A stretch of 64,000 nucleotides of DNA from Nitrospinota bacterium (GCA_046581755.1 JAYGFR010000090.1:3067-67066), one strand, 5' to 3'. Counted from the stretch's first letter, positions 30,372 through 40,013 are shown. The notes: generated from the sequence alone by a model not told the origin. Made by a program: numbers and translations.

Positions 30372-30511
30372 TTATCGGAAATGGCATGATTTAGGGAGGT
30401 TAGGCGGTGAACGGGTTGAACAAATGAAGCAATGCTGGATGATGTGAAGATCTGTATCTCGCTTCGGATTTAGTATCTGTATTTCAAATCCGGCCGGCGC
30501 CCGGGCGGAGA

Positions 30512-32527
30512 ATGACATCAATGGCAAACAATTTGCTCCTGGTCGATGAAAGCCCCCTGATTCATCGCATTGTGGAACTGACGATGGAGGGATACGATAT
30601 CTCCGTCTACTCTGCCGAGGACACTGAAGAGGCGTTGACCCTGGCCCGGAGCCTCAAACCTGATTTCATCCTGGCCAGCACCACCTTCAAGCGAAACAGC
30701 GGGTTCGATCTTTGCCGCACCCTCAGAGAGGACCCCGAACTGAAAGACATTCCCATTCTTCTTCTTGCCAGCGCCAAGGAGGAGGTCAGCCACGAAGAAG
30801 CCGTGGAGGCCGGGGTCATCGGCGTACTCACGAAACCGTTCAAACCCGAAAGCCTGCTGGCCGAGGTGGGAAAAGCCCTCGCTTGGGAGGTGGACGCGCC
30901 CGGCGGGGAAACCGTCATCCCGGGAACCCCGGGCGAGGAGCCATCTCTCGCCGAGAACGCAGAGGACGAACTGGAGGAGGTGGATATCCCGCTCCCCGAG
31001 GTAGAGGGCGAGCCCGGCTCCGGAACCGGCGAATTCAACGATGATGCGGCGATTGCCGAACTGTCGGCCGACGAGGACGATTCGGCGCCGCCTCCCGAAA
31101 TCGAGGAATTGGACGAAATCTTTGCGGATAACTCCCTGGTTGTCCCCGGACCTCCTGCCCTGGAGGAGGATGCACCCGCCGCCCCTGCCGGAGAGGTGGC
31201 CCCGTCAGCGGACGCCGACCCACTGAAAGATTTGGACGACGACGATATATTCGACGGATTCGATATGGATACCGGCGCCGAACCGGCCGGGGCACCCACG
31301 ACCGAGGATACGGCGCCTATCTCCGAAGAACTCGTTACGGAACCATCCCCTGCGGCAGAGGCTGAGGACCCCCCTCTCACGGCCGCAGCGGAGATCGATT
31401 CCACCATGATGGCGGTGGAGGATGCCCTGGCCGATGAATTTGAGGCCACGGCCGACGAAGGCCCCGCCATCGATGAGGCCGCACTTGAAGACCTCTTCCC
31501 GCCCTTCTCCGGAGAGGAAATTGACCCCACCCTGTTGGCGGCGGAAAATGAATTGGCCGAGGAGTTCGATGCCCTGGCACAGGAAAAAATCTCCGCCGGG
31601 GAGGATGCCACCCGGGAATCGGAAATCGAAGATGAGGCGGAATTGGAAGCTGTCGAGGTCGAGCTGGCTTCCATCCAGGCGGAGATCGCAGCCGATTTCG
31701 AGGACACACCCGACCATGATGAAGACGGGCTCGAACATCTGGCAGACGACCAGATCACAGCAGCCGAGCAGGATTTAGCCGCCATTCAGGATGAACTCGC
31801 CGCCGAGGACTTGGATCAGGAAGAAAACACCCCGGATGCGCAGGCGGCCCCAAAAGCAGAATCGGATTACGGGACCACCGCGATAGAGGCGGAACAATTC
31901 CTCGAAGAGATGGAATTCAGGGAAACGGGGACTGTCGAAGAAGAGCCTGCCGGTGACGCTGAAGGGGATACGGAGGCCCCCGCCGCCGAGGCCGGAGAGG
32001 TGCCCGAGGCCGCCGCCGGGCCGGAGAGCGAAGCGGCGGAATTTGCAGATGTAGCCGCGCCGGCCGATGTAGAGGGCGAACTGACTCCGGAGGATGAAAA
32101 ATTCTGGGAACAGTTCGACTTGGAGGAGGATCCCGAGCACGCACCTTCTTCTCAATCGCCCGAGATATTTTCGGTGCCACATGACCACGATAATGAACCG
32201 GCCGAGGCGGCCCCCGTTGCTCAGGGGTCCGCCAGCGAGAGTTCTCCCGGACCGGATGCCGCCCTTGAGGAAGAACTCACTGCACCGCTGGCCGCTGGAG
32301 TGATCCCCGAAACGGCCGATGCCCCCTCCTCTACCCAACCGGCACCGGGCGCGGTGGAGGGCATGGATATTGTCAATGAAAGCATCCAAAAGAGCCTGGA
32401 GCAGACCGTGGAAGCCATCGTCCCCGCCCTCCTCCGGCGAATCGAATCCCTCGTTGTCGAACAACTTCCGGATATGGTGGAAAAAATCGTTCTTCGAGAA
32501 ATCGAAAAAATCAAACGCGGAGAATAA
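30512..32527 (+). CDS. Pseudo-receiver (Asp-less REC) domain protein with a ~480-aa hyper-acidic disordered region and a conserved C-terminal amphipathic segment (RomR-like layout)
   Basis: Residues 1-125 form a REC fold (LLLVDES...LLLASAKEE...GVLTKPF), but the phospho-acceptor position reads FILAS (Ser, not Asp). A long E/D/A/P-rich region follows. The C-terminus is IVPALLRRIESLVVEQLPDMVEKIVLREIEKIKRGE. Confidence 0.75.
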   Translation: MTSMANNLLLVDESPLIHRIVELTMEGYDISVYSAEDTEEALTLARSLKPDFILASTTFKRNSGFDLCRTLREDPELKDIPILLLASAKEEVSHEEAVEAGVIGVLTKPFKPESLLAEVGKALAWEVDAPGGETVIPGTPGEEPSLAENAEDELEEVDIPLPEVEGEPGSGTGEFNDDAAIAELSADEDDSAPPPEIEELDEIFADNSLVVPGPPALEEDAPAAPAGEVAPSADADPLKDLDDDDIFDGFDMDTGAEPAGAPTTEDTAPISEELVTEPSPAAEAEDPPLTAAAEIDSTMMAVEDALADEFEATADEGPAIDEAALEDLFPPFSGEEIDPTLLAAENELAEEFDALAQEKISAGEDATRESEIEDEAELEAVEVELASIQAEIAADFEDTPDHDEDGLEHLADDQITAAEQDLAAIQDELAAEDLDQEENTPDAQAAPKAESDYGTTAIEAEQFLEEMEFRETGTVEEEPAGDAEGDTEAPAAEAGEVPEAAAGPESEAAEFADVAAPADVEGELTPEDEKFWEQFDLEEDPEHAPSSQSPEIFSVPHDHDNEPAEAAPVAQGSASESSPGPDAALEEELTAPLAAGVIPETADAPSSTQPAPGAVEGMDIVNESIQKSLEQTVEAIVPALLRRIESLVVEQLPDMVEKIVLREIEKIKRGE

Positions 32528-32530
32528 TTT

Positions 32531-35152
32531 TTGTTAGACCCCCGCTACGATCCCAAAGCGGTGGAAAACCGCTGGTACGCCCATTGGCTCGAGAAAAACT
32601 ACTTTCACGGGACCGCCGACGATAGCCGCAAGCCCTACTCGATCGTCATTCCCCCGCCAAACGTCACCGGCTCCCTCCACATGGGCCACGCCCTGAACAA
32701 CACGCTCCAGGATATCCTTGTCCGCTGGAAAAGGATGCAGGGATACAACGTGTGCTGGATGCCCGGAATGGACCATGCCGGAATCGCCACCCAAAACGTG
32801 GTCGAGCGCCAGCTCGCCAGCGAAGGGAAGACCCGCGAGAGCCTCGGCCGGGAGAATTTCGTCAAGCGCGTCTGGGAGTGGAAAGAGGAAAGCGGCGGCA
32901 CCATCATTCACCAACTCAAAAAGCTGGGCGCCTCCTGCGATTGGGAGCGGGAGCGCTTCACCATGGACGAGGGCCTCTCGCGCGCCGTCCGCGAAGAATT
33001 TGTCAGCCTCTACGAGGAGGGTCTGATTTACCGGGGCGACTATCTGGTCAATTGGTGCCCCCGCTGCGGAACCGCCGTCTCCGACCTCGAAGTGGAACAC
33101 GAAGACCGCGACGGCCATCTGTGGGATTTCCACTACCCTCTTATGGAGGGGGGCGAAGGCCTCACCATCTCCACCACCCGGCCCGAGACCATGCTGGGCG
33201 ACACCGCCGTGGCCGTCCACCCGGACGATGAGCGATACAAGCATCTCGTCGGCAAGATGCTCCGTCTTCCGCTCCTCGATCGAGAGATTCCGGTCATCGC
33301 CGACTCGTTCGTCGATCCCGAATTCGGATCGGGCGCGGTCAAGGTGACCCCCGCACACGACCCGAACGACTACGAGGCCGGCCTCCGGAACGATCTTCCC
33401 CAGATCAACATCCTCAACCCGGACGGCACCATCAACGCCAACGGGGGGCCCTATGAAGGCCTCGGCCGCTATGAAGCGCGCAAGGTGGTGGTGACCGACA
33501 TGGAAAACCTGGGGCTCGTCCGCCAGATCAAGGCGCACTCCCATTCGGTGGGCGTCTGCTACCGGTGCGCCACCCCCATCGAACCCTACCTTTCGAAGCA
33601 GTGGTTCGTGCGGACCAAGCCGCTCGCCGAGGAAGCCATCCGCGCCGTTCAGGATGGGCGCATCCGCATCGTCCCCCAGCAATGGGAGGCCACCTATTTC
33701 GATTGGATGACCAATATCCGCGATTGGTGTATCAGCCGCCAGATATGGTGGGGCCACCAGATTCCCGCCTGGTACAACGACGAGACGGGAGAGGTCATCG
33801 TCTCGCGAGAAGACCCCGATGACCCGAACCTGCGCCGCGAGACGGATGTGCTCGACACCTGGTTCAGCTCGGCTCTCTGGCCGTTTTCGACATTCGGCTG
33901 GCCGGAGAAAAACAAGGACCTCGACTATTTCTACCCCACCTCGGTCCTTGTCACCGGCTTTGACATCATCTTTTTCTGGGTGGCGCGGATGATCATGACG
34001 GGCCTCAAATTCATGGGCGACGTCCCCTTCCGGGATGTCTACATCCACGCTCTCGTGCGGGACGAGAAGGGCCAGAAAATGAGCAAGACGCGCGGGAACG
34101 TCATCGATCCCCTCGAGATCATCGAAAAATACGGCACCGACTCGCTCCGCCTCACGCTGACGGCGATGGCCGCCCAGGGGCGCGACATCCGCCTTTCGGG
34201 GGAGCGCATCGCGGGCTTCCGCAATTTCTGCAACAAGTTGTGGAACGCGGCGCGCTTTACCCTCATGAACATGGGGGAGGACCTGCCCCCGATGCCCCCG
34301 GGAGGCCAGCTTTCGCTGGGCGATCGGTGGATTCTCAGCCGCCTGAACGGTGTCACGCGAAAGATGGACACCGCTCTTGAGGAGTACCGATTCAACGACG
34401 CGGCCCTCGCCCTCTATCAATTCACATGGCACGAGCTCTGCGACTGGTACATCGAAGTCATCAAGCCGGCCTTGATGAGCGAAAGCGGAGGCGAGGGGTC
34501 CAAGGCTGTCCTCGGGCGGGTGCTCGAGCGAACGCTCCGCCTGCTGCACCCCATCATTCCGTTCATCACCGAGGAAATCTGGCAAAAACTCCCCGGCCGC
34601 CAGGGCGACAGCATCATGGTCGCCCCCTGGCCTGAGCCCGAGCCGGAATGGGACGACCCCGAGGCGGAAGCGGATTTCGGCTCGCTCATGGATATCCTCG
34701 GCGGAGTCCGCAATATTCGCGGCGAGTTGAATATCCCCCCCGGCAAGAAGGTTCAGGCCCTCATCCACGTCGAGGATGCCCATCAAGAAAGCCTCATTCA
34801 GAACGAGGCCGAGTGGATTCAACGCCTCGGAAAAATCCTCCCCGATTGGGAGATCGGCCCCAAGGTCGAGCGCCCAAAGACGGCCGCGGCCGCCGTATCC
34901 GGGAACGTGCAGGTTTTCGTGCCCCTCGACGGGCTCATCGATGCCGACGAGGAAATCCGGCGGCTCGAAAAGCAGATCAACGATATCGGCAAATCCGTCG
35001 CCACTCTCGAAAAGAAACTCACCAATCCCCGGTTTATCGAACGCGCACCCGAGGAGGTGGTCCAAAAAGACAGGAACCGCATCGAGAAAGAGCGTAGCCG
35101 GGCGGAAAAACTCCAGGAAAACCTCTCTAAGCTGGTGGAGTTGAAAAGCTAA
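32531..35152 (+). CDS. valS: Valine--tRNA ligase
   Basis: HIGH-type motif PPPNVTGSLHMGHA, KMSKTRGNVIDP, and a C-terminal coiled coil. TTG start 4 nt after the upstream stop. Confidence 0.95.
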   Translation: MLDPRYDPKAVENRWYAHWLEKNYFHGTADDSRKPYSIVIPPPNVTGSLHMGHALNNTLQDILVRWKRMQGYNVCWMPGMDHAGIATQNVVERQLASEGKTRESLGRENFVKRVWEWKEESGGTIIHQLKKLGASCDWERERFTMDEGLSRAVREEFVSLYEEGLIYRGDYLVNWCPRCGTAVSDLEVEHEDRDGHLWDFHYPLMEGGEGLTISTTRPETMLGDTAVAVHPDDERYKHLVGKMLRLPLLDREIPVIADSFVDPEFGSGAVKVTPAHDPNDYEAGLRNDLPQINILNPDGTINANGGPYEGLGRYEARKVVVTDMENLGLVRQIKAHSHSVGVCYRCATPIEPYLSKQWFVRTKPLAEEAIRAVQDGRIRIVPQQWEATYFDWMTNIRDWCISRQIWWGHQIPAWYNDETGEVIVSREDPDDPNLRRETDVLDTWFSSALWPFSTFGWPEKNKDLDYFYPTSVLVTGFDIIFFWVARMIMTGLKFMGDVPFRDVYIHALVRDEKGQKMSKTRGNVIDPLEIIEKYGTDSLRLTLTAMAAQGRDIRLSGERIAGFRNFCNKLWNAARFTLMNMGEDLPPMPPGGQLSLGDRWILSRLNGVTRKMDTALEEYRFNDAALALYQFTWHELCDWYIEVIKPALMSESGGEGSKAVLGRVLERTLRLLHPIIPFITEEIWQKLPGRQGDSIMVAPWPEPEPEWDDPEAEADFGSLMDILGGVRNIRGELNIPPGKKVQALIHVEDAHQESLIQNEAEWIQRLGKILPDWEIGPKVERPKTAAAAVSGNVQVFVPLDGLIDADEEIRRLEKQINDIGKSVATLEKKLTNPRFIERAPEEVVQKDRNRIEKERSRAEKLQENLSKLVELKS

Positions 35153-35920
35153 ATGGACTTTCACGAGAACGGTTCGTCCCCCTTTGCCTGGCGCCTCGAA
35201 AAAGTGGGCCGGGTGGATTCATCGAACGACCTCGTTCTCAAGCGCGCGCGGGACGGAGAGCGGGAGGGGCTCGCCATCTGGGCCCAAAGCCAGCGGAACG
35301 GCCGCGGGCGGCTGGGAAGGTCGTGGACTTCCCCTCCCGGCGCCGGCCTCTACTTTTCGGTTTTGCTGCGCCCGCCGGTGCCGGCCGAGAAGGTGGCGGC
35401 GCTCAGCCTCGTGGCCGCCGTGGCCATGGCCGAGGGGCTGAGCCAAGCGGGCGGAATCCCGGTCGGGCTGAAATGGCCAAACGATCTCCGGCTGGCGGGC
35501 AAGAAAATGGGCGGCATTCTACTGGAGTACGAGCCCAAGGGCGGCAAAAGGCCGTGGGTTGTCGTGGGAGTGGGAATCAACTTGAAATCTCCGCCCGAGG
35601 GATATCCCGCCGAATTCCACGACAGCGTCACCTCGATGGAGGCGGCGAGGTGTCGGGTTGCGGATGAAGGCGAAATCATCCAAACGCTTCTCGGCCACCT
35701 GGCGCGTTGGTACGGGGATTTCCTCGCCTCGGGATTTGAGCGCGTCCGTCAGCGGTGGGAAGCCCTCTGTGACGGTATCGACAAACATGCCGCCGTATCG
35801 GTGGCCGGAGGTCCAATCGAAGGCATCATGAGAGGCATCGACGCGGGGGGGCGCCTTCTTCTCGAGGAGAGCAGCGGGGAGTTGCGCCTCATTGACGCAG
35901 GAGAGGTAGTCGAGCGATGA
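35153..35920 (+). CDS. birA: Biotin--[acetyl-CoA-carboxylase] ligase (group I, no DNA-binding domain)
   Basis: SQRNGRGRLGRSWTSPPGAGLYFSVLLRP...GLKWPNDL. Confidence 0.85.
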   Translation: MDFHENGSSPFAWRLEKVGRVDSSNDLVLKRARDGEREGLAIWAQSQRNGRGRLGRSWTSPPGAGLYFSVLLRPPVPAEKVAALSLVAAVAMAEGLSQAGGIPVGLKWPNDLRLAGKKMGGILLEYEPKGGKRPWVVVGVGINLKSPPEGYPAEFHDSVTSMEAARCRVADEGEIIQTLLGHLARWYGDFLASGFERVRQRWEALCDGIDKHAAVSVAGGPIEGIMRGIDAGGRLLLEESSGELRLIDAGEVVER

Positions 35921-36690
35921 GCACCTGCCTGCTGGCGATAGATGTGGGCAACACCCAGACCGTCATCGGCCTGTTCGAGGACGGGGAGAAAAAGGCCAGT
36001 TGGCGCCTCGGATCGGTGGCCCGGCGGACGCCGGATGAGCTAGCGATTCTGATCGAAGGGTTGTTTCGCCTCTCCGGCTTCGATATGAGTATCGTCGGCC
36101 GCGTGGTGATCTCAAGCGTCGTGCCTCCCCTGGGACCGACCCTCGAGGAGATGTCGAAACGGTATTTCGGCGTCACCCCCCTGATCGTGGGACCCGGCAC
36201 GCGAACGGGGATTTCCATTAAATACGACAATCCCCACGAGGTGGGCGCCGACCGAATCGTCAATGCCGTCGCGGGATTTCACCTGTTCGGCGGACCCCTC
36301 ATCATCGTGGATTTTGGCACAGCCATTACGTTTGATGCGATTTCCGGCGCGGGAGAGTATGTTGGGGGCGCGATTGCCCCGGGTTTCGGGGTCTCCCTGG
36401 AGGCCCTGGTGGAGCGGGCGGCGCGCCTCCCACGGATAGAACCGGCGGCGCCCGGCTCGGTCATCGGAAAAAACACGGTCCACAGCATTCAGTCGGGAAT
36501 GTTTTTCGGTTATAAGGGGTTGATTAACGGCATCGTAGCGCGGATGAAAATCGAACTGGGCGAAGAAACGCGGGTGGTTGCCACCGGCGGTCAAAACTTT
36601 TTGTTTTCAGAGGATGAGAGCATTTTCGACCATATCGAACCAGACCTCACGCTGATCGGTCTTTGCTTTGTTTCCGATCGAAATCCATGA
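35917..36690 (+). CDS. coaX: Type III pantothenate kinase
   Basis: LLAIDVGNTQTVIGLF...VGADRIVNAVA...DFGTAITFD. It overlaps birA by 4 bp. Confidence 0.9.
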   Translation: MSTCLLAIDVGNTQTVIGLFEDGEKKASWRLGSVARRTPDELAILIEGLFRLSGFDMSIVGRVVISSVVPPLGPTLEEMSKRYFGVTPLIVGPGTRTGISIKYDNPHEVGADRIVNAVAGFHLFGGPLIIVDFGTAITFDAISGAGEYVGGAIAPGFGVSLEALVERAARLPRIEPAAPGSVIGKNTVHSIQSGMFFGYKGLINGIVARMKIELGEETRVVATGGQNFLFSEDESIFDHIEPDLTLIGLCFVSDRNP

Positions 36691-36743
36691 GAGCGGCGCG
36701 GCGAGGCATTCACCTCCGGATCGTTGGTCCGAATACGAAAAGG

Positions 36744-37559
36744 TAGGCCTGCGTGTATCTGGAATATTAGGGCTTAAAACTTCCACCCTTCGAAAACCTG
36801 CCCAACCCGGATTTTCTGTACTTCTCCCCCAAGCACGAGGAGGCGCTGACGCGGCTCATTTACGCCGCCCAGGGGAGAAAAGGGGCGGCCATGCTCACTG
36901 GGGACGCCGGCATGGGCAAAACTACCCTGACCCGCGCCTTCATCCGCCAGCTCGACGAGGACCGTTACGATATCGGCCTGGTGGCCAACCCGAGCCTGCA
37001 ACCGGTCGAGTTTCTCAAGGAAATCCTCTACCAGCTCGACGTTCAGGAGGCCACCGACTCCAAGGTGGAACTCCTCCGCCTCCTCAACGAAAAAATGCTG
37101 GCCAACATCCAGGAGAACAAGGACACTATTGTCATCGTGGACGAAGCCCAGGCCATCGAGGACGAAAGGACACTCGAGGAGCTCCGCTTGCTCCTGAATT
37201 TCCAGATGAACGACCGGTTCTTGCTCACGTTGATACTGGTCGGACAGCCAGAACTGTTGAAAAAGGTGGAAAAAATTCCCCAGCTCAGCCAGCGGATTTC
37301 CATCAAGTATCACCTCAGCCCCCTGGACTACATGGATACGGTCAAATTTATTTTCTTCCACCTGAAAGTCGTGGGCCTGGAGAAGAGCATCTTCTCGGAG
37401 GAGGCGATCAAGGAGATTTTCAAGGTCTCAGATGGTATCCCCCGGCGGATCGTCAACCTTTGCGATCTTTGCCTTCTCGTCGGATTTACTTACAAGGTGC
37501 CTCTAATTAATAGTAAACTGGTGGAGAAGGTCGTCAGCGACAGCCAGGGTGGGATGTAA
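36744..37559 (+). pseudogene. ExeA/GspA-like AAA ATPase with an in-frame TAG at codon 6; the intact ATG-initiated ORF is 36891..37559
   Basis: From the GTG at ~36744 the frame reads V-Y-L-E-Y-*-GLKLPPFENLPNPDFLYFSPKHEEALTRLIYAAQGRKGAA-MLTGDAGMGKTTL. This aligns residue-for-residue with ExeA N-termini (MYTQFFGLSEPPFSISPNPKYLF...LLTGEVGTGKTT). The TAG sits where homologs have Phe/Tyr. A good RBS precedes the downstream ATG. Coordinates are +/-10 nt. Confidence 0.6.
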
Positions 37560-37561
37560 CC

Positions 37562-38917
37562 ATGCGCCTGAGTGACTTGATTAAAAACGGGCCGGAGAGC
37601 GATAAGGAAAAGCCCGGGCGGAAAAAACCCGCCGTTCCGGAAAAAGCTCCGGCCAAGGAGGATTCCTTCCGGTTGGCCGGGCTGGGAAACCTGCAAAAGG
37701 CCGAGGAGGCCCCCGCACCCGTTCCCGAAACCCCGGTCGCCAAGGAAGAAGTTCCCTTCGCCGTGCCGGACCTTCCCCAAGCGCCCTATTCCGCGCCAGG
37801 GCCGCCCGCTCCTGAGCGTCCGGCGCCCATGCCCGAAACACCGGCCCAGCCGCCCGCTCAGGAGGCCGCCGCCCCCTCGCCCTTCGCCGACCAGCCCCCG
37901 GCGCCCATCCAGAAGGAGGCCCCCAAGCGGCCCCGTCGATCTGTCCTGGCGGGCCCCGAAACCCCATCGGGCGGGAATGGCGAACGCAAGGAAGGGCATC
38001 TGCCCGATCCGATCGAGAACAACCCCTACGCGGGTCTTCGCGAACGCGCCATTCAGTTTGTCTTTCAATTTCTTCAAGCGGTCGCCGACGATGAGTCGTT
38101 TCCGCTGGATGAGGCCGAGGACATCGTTTACACCTGCATCGAAGAGCCCGACGCCATGGAGAACCTCTATACCCTTGCAGTCAGCACCATCAACACCTCG
38201 AATTCCATGGCGATCCATTTATTCAACCACATGGTGTATTCGCTCAAGCTGGGGTTTGGCCTAAAATGGCCACAGGACCGCATCGTGCGCCTGGGCGTCG
38301 CGGCACTGATCCATGATATTGGCATGTGCGCCATTCCCCAGCACATTCGGCACAAGGAAGGGAAGCTGACCTCCGAGGAACTGGCCGAAATCCGGAACCA
38401 TCCCCAATACGGGATGGAAATTATCAGCCATATTTACGGCGAACCCTTCCACTGGCTCGCCGAGGCGATCTACCACGAGCACGAACGCGAGAACGGCCGG
38501 GGCTATCCGCAGGGTTTGTCGGGGAACCAGATATCCGAGTACGCAAAAATTATCGGCCTCGCGGATGTTTACGAAGCCCTGACCCATCACCGCCCCCACC
38601 GTAAGCGGATGCTTCCCCACAAGGCAGTTAAGAAAATCGTTCAGGCCCAGAAAGTGCAGTTCCACCAGCGGTTGCTCAAGGTCATGATCGAAGAGCTCTC
38701 GGTGTTCTCCCTGAACAGCCTGGTCCGGCTAAATTCCAACGCCATCGGCCGGGAGTCCGAGACGATTTCCGGCCAGCCGCTCCGCCCCGTCGTCCAGCTC
38801 ATCTTCGATGCCGACGGCAACGAGATTATGGAAGACCGCTATATCGCCCTGAAGGAATTTTTTCTTCTCTACATTGGGGATGAGGTCGAAGAATCGGAAC
38901 TGCCCACCAACCAATGA
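37562..38917 (+). CDS. HD-GYP domain phosphohydrolase (putative c-di-GMP phosphodiesterase) with a Pro/Ala-rich N-terminal region
   Basis: HD motif ALIHDIGM and GYP motif ENGRGYPQGL. The ~150-aa N-terminal region is low-complexity (PAPVPETP...). Start is 3 nt after the ATPase stop. Confidence 0.8.
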   Translation: MRLSDLIKNGPESDKEKPGRKKPAVPEKAPAKEDSFRLAGLGNLQKAEEAPAPVPETPVAKEEVPFAVPDLPQAPYSAPGPPAPERPAPMPETPAQPPAQEAAAPSPFADQPPAPIQKEAPKRPRRSVLAGPETPSGGNGERKEGHLPDPIENNPYAGLRERAIQFVFQFLQAVADDESFPLDEAEDIVYTCIEEPDAMENLYTLAVSTINTSNSMAIHLFNHMVYSLKLGFGLKWPQDRIVRLGVAALIHDIGMCAIPQHIRHKEGKLTSEELAEIRNHPQYGMEIISHIYGEPFHWLAEAIYHEHERENGRGYPQGLSGNQISEYAKIIGLADVYEALTHHRPHRKRMLPHKAVKKIVQAQKVQFHQRLLKVMIEELSVFSLNSLVRLNSNAIGRESETISGQPLRPVVQLIFDADGNEIMEDRYIALKEFFLLYIGDEVEESELPTNQ

Positions 38918-38933
38918 GACCAATCCAATATCC

Positions 38934-40013
38934 ATGATGAAATATTTCTTGAAAATCGTCTTGGCCGCGCTGATTGCGCTTGGAGCCGTTGCCGCACCGG
39001 GACGCTTCCTGCACGCCGGACAGCCGCTCCCCCCTCCTCCTCAGGAGGAGTTCATATACAACATCGAATTTCTCGTGTTCACCCAGGCCGCCCAGGCCCA
39101 TCTTCGAATCCGCCGCCGGGGCAAGAACCGGTACCGCGCCGAGTTGATCGCCGAGACCAAGGGGCTTATTGGCATCCTGATGTACGGAAGAAAAAACCAC
39201 TACATCAGCGACATGGAGTTCGACCCCAAGAAGCGCCGGTTCATCAGCCGCCTCTATACCAAGCTCGTCTACCGGCAAAACGGCGTCGAGCGCACCACGG
39301 CGGCCATCGACACCAAAAATGGCCTCGTGAGGTGGAAATATTTCTTCAGGGACAAACTCATCGGAGAAGGCGTGGACCCCACGCCCAAAGGTGCCCGGGT
39401 CGAGGATCTGCTGTCCGCATTTTTTAATTTCCGGCTGGGGAGCCTCGGGTCTCTGGAGCCCGGCAGGAAAATGACCCTCTTTACGCTGCCCAACTACAGG
39501 GCAAAAGCGCTCAAGGAGGACTTTTCGGAGGAAGAAAAGAAGTTCCAGAAATTCGAAATCAGTATTCCCAGCGCCAAATCCACACGCGCCTACCGGAGAA
39601 AATTTGGGCGTTCCAAAGAAAAGGGACTGCTCATCCTCGTCAAGGTGCCCAAAAACCTGTTCGGCCAGGAAACGGGAGAGGTCCGGGTCTGGTTCGACCC
39701 GAAAATGACCCCGGTCGAGGCAACCGTTGAGGACGCCATCCTCTTCGGCGACGTGATCGGTGTCCTGGTCAAATCGAAATCTCGCCCTAGCCGAAGGCAT
39801 CCCGGATCAACCGGCCTCCCTTCGGCGCCCGGCCCGGGGCCGCCTCCACCAACACGGCATCGAACCGGCACACGGCATCCTGCGCTTCGGGGTGCGTCAT
39901 CAGATAATGCTCGGCCGCCTTGGCTATGCGCCGTTGCTTCCAGATCCCGATTGCGTATGCGCCGTCTTCTTCCGCTACGGCGGCCCGCGTTTTCACCTCG
40001 ACGAAGACGATGA
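38934..40013 (+). CDS. Signal-peptide-bearing hypothetical protein (possibly DUF3108-like) with an anomalous low-complexity C-terminal tail
   Basis: Signal peptide MMKYFLKIVLAALIALGAVAAP followed by a ~260-aa mixed-composition body. The final ~75 aa (SRPSRRHPGSTGLPSAPGPGPPPP...) are Pro/Arg-rich and overlap yraN by ~227 bp. The true stop may have been lost. Confidence 0.5.
   Translation: MMKYFLKIVLAALIALGAVAAPGRFLHAGQPLPPPPQEEFIYNIEFLVFTQAAQAHLRIRRRGKNRYRAELIAETKGLIGILMYGRKNHYISDMEFDPKKRRFISRLYTKLVYRQNGVERTTAAIDTKNGLVRWKYFFRDKLIGEGVDPTPKGARVEDLLSAFFNFRLGSLGSLEPGRKMTLFTLPNYRAKALKEDFSEEEKKFQKFEISIPSAKSTRAYRRKFGRSKEKGLLILVKVPKNLFGQETGEVRVWFDPKMTPVEATVEDAILFGDVIGVLVKSKSRPSRRHPGSTGLPSAPGPGPPPPTRHRTGTRHPALRGASSDNARPPWLCAVASRSRLRMRRLLPLRRPAFSPRRRR

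Noticed and set aside
30430-30511. Direct repeats ATCTGTAT x2 and GGATTT...AAATCC upstream of the acidic REC gene as a tRNA-like or operator element
   Set aside because: Too short and too degenerate to call. No T-arm or acceptor pairing.
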